Below, one piece after another: positions 63,260-64,000 of a DNA stretch of 64,000 nt. Source of the DNA: Candidatus Daviesbacteria bacterium. Its GTDB lineage: Bacteria > Patescibacteriota > Microgenomatia > Daviesbacterales > UBA10151. The notes below the pieces were generated by a model. The model had not been told where the DNA came from. It was given only the letters and a program-made list of their open reading frames with translations, and searched no databases. The translations under genes and the position numbers were made by a program. Numbering within the stretch: position 1 is the stretch's first letter; each line of letters opens with the position of its first letter. The stretch spans positions 60,336-124,335 of the forward strand of contig JACPZA010000031.1 of the NCBI GenBank assembly GCA_016195715.1. Direction: 5' to 3'.

Positions 63260-64000
63260 ATGCCCAAAAATAAAAATACTCGGCTAACTTTGTTAGTGGT
63301 AGCTTTAGGACTTATAATATTTGTTTTAACTTCCTTTTTTTTCCAATTTAAAAAACCACCTTTTAGTTTCTTATATCCCAAACCTCCATCTAAAGCTGCT
63401 AGCGGTGATATATCTGAGAACTCTTTTAGTTTAGTTTCTTCAAATAATGCTCCGAATATTGGTGATCAAATAGCAGTTTCAATATATGCTAGATCTGATA
63501 CTACTCCGGCTAATTTGTTTATCTCCAAAATCAATTTTTCTGCTGACAAATTACAAGTCACTCATTTAGACGTAAGTGCGGGTTTTCCAGTTTTGTGGCC
63601 AGATAGATTTTATGACAATCAGACTGGAGTAATTTCTATCATCGGTGCAGTCCCAACTCCTGGAATCCAGACTACTAGTACAGATTTACTTCTTGCAGTT
63701 TTAACTATTAATGTAGTGGCTTCTGGTGATGCTAGTATAACTTTTGATCCAAGTTCGGCAATTTTAAATAATATTGATAGTAGTAATATTTTAACTATCA
63801 AAAGAGATTTAACGTTAACAGTCCCCTCTCCAGTGGTAACAACTTCTGATAGTGGTGGTTCATCTGGCGGAGGTGGAGGCGGTGGGGGCGGCGGCGGAGG
63901 AGGTGGGGGTGGAGGTTCTTCCGGTGGCAGTGGGGGTGGAGGCGGTGCGCCAGCCGCTCCTAGAAGAGGTATTGATTTGAATGGTGATGGCCGAGTTAAT
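63260..64000 (+). CDS. Surface protein: N-terminal TM, cohesin-like domain, poly-Gly linker, start of a dockerin loop (3' truncated; not in ORF track)
   Basis: Open from ATG 63260 to the window end: ...FLYPKPPSKAAS...IGDQIAVSI...YDNQTGVISIIG...(G)n...RGIDLNGDGRVN. Confidence 0.8.
   Translation, partial: MPKNKNTRLTLLVVALGLIIFVLTSFFFQFKKPPFSFLYPKPPSKAASGDISENSFSLVSSNNAPNIGDQIAVSIYARSDTTPANLFISKINFSADKLQVTHLDVSAGFPVLWPDRFYDNQTGVISIIGAVPTPGIQTTSTDLLLAVLTINVVASGDASITFDPSSAILNNIDSSNILTIKRDLTLTVPSPVVTTSDSGGSSGGGGGGGGGGGGGGGGGSSGGSGGGGGAPAAPRRGIDLNGDGRVN

Overview
AT-rich bacterial chromosome segment using the standard genetic code. The gene set strongly suggests a Patescibacteria/CPR (Microgenomates-like) genome; this is inferred, not searched. 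Contents in order: (1) 0-14 kb, a cluster of secreted and surface proteins (FN3, dockerin-like, two cohesin-like, a sulfatase, two clan GH-A hydrolases with Ig repeats), interrupted by a Xer recombinase, a holin-family protein and nfo; (2) gyrA and gyrB split by murC-alr-murD-ddl and a C39-like peptidase; (3) a 16-kb type IV pilus locus (pilB, T, C, D, M, N, O and 13 pilin-like genes, no secretin); (4) trmD-khpA-rpsP, rnc-ACP-like-nusB-rpmF-recG; (5) an archaeal-type TyrRS downstream of a T-box riboswitch; (6) an F1Fo ATP synthase operon with atpC displaced by a toxin-antitoxin islet; (7) a tRNA-Tyr with archaeal identity (C1:G72, short variable loop), a class A PBP, and a truncated cohesin/dockerin protein. 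The main candidates for new biology are: a bacterial Tyr T-box wired to an archaeal-type TyrRS/tRNA-Tyr pair and a Tyr-free orphan ORF; glycan-active enzymes with prepilin-like leaders and a shared L[FY]PKPxSxAA motif, alongside cohesin/dockerin modules; several families of short palindromic elements lying in frame inside housekeeping genes; and Shine-Dalgarno sites apparently bridged to distant start codons by hairpins in a region where many genes look leaderless.
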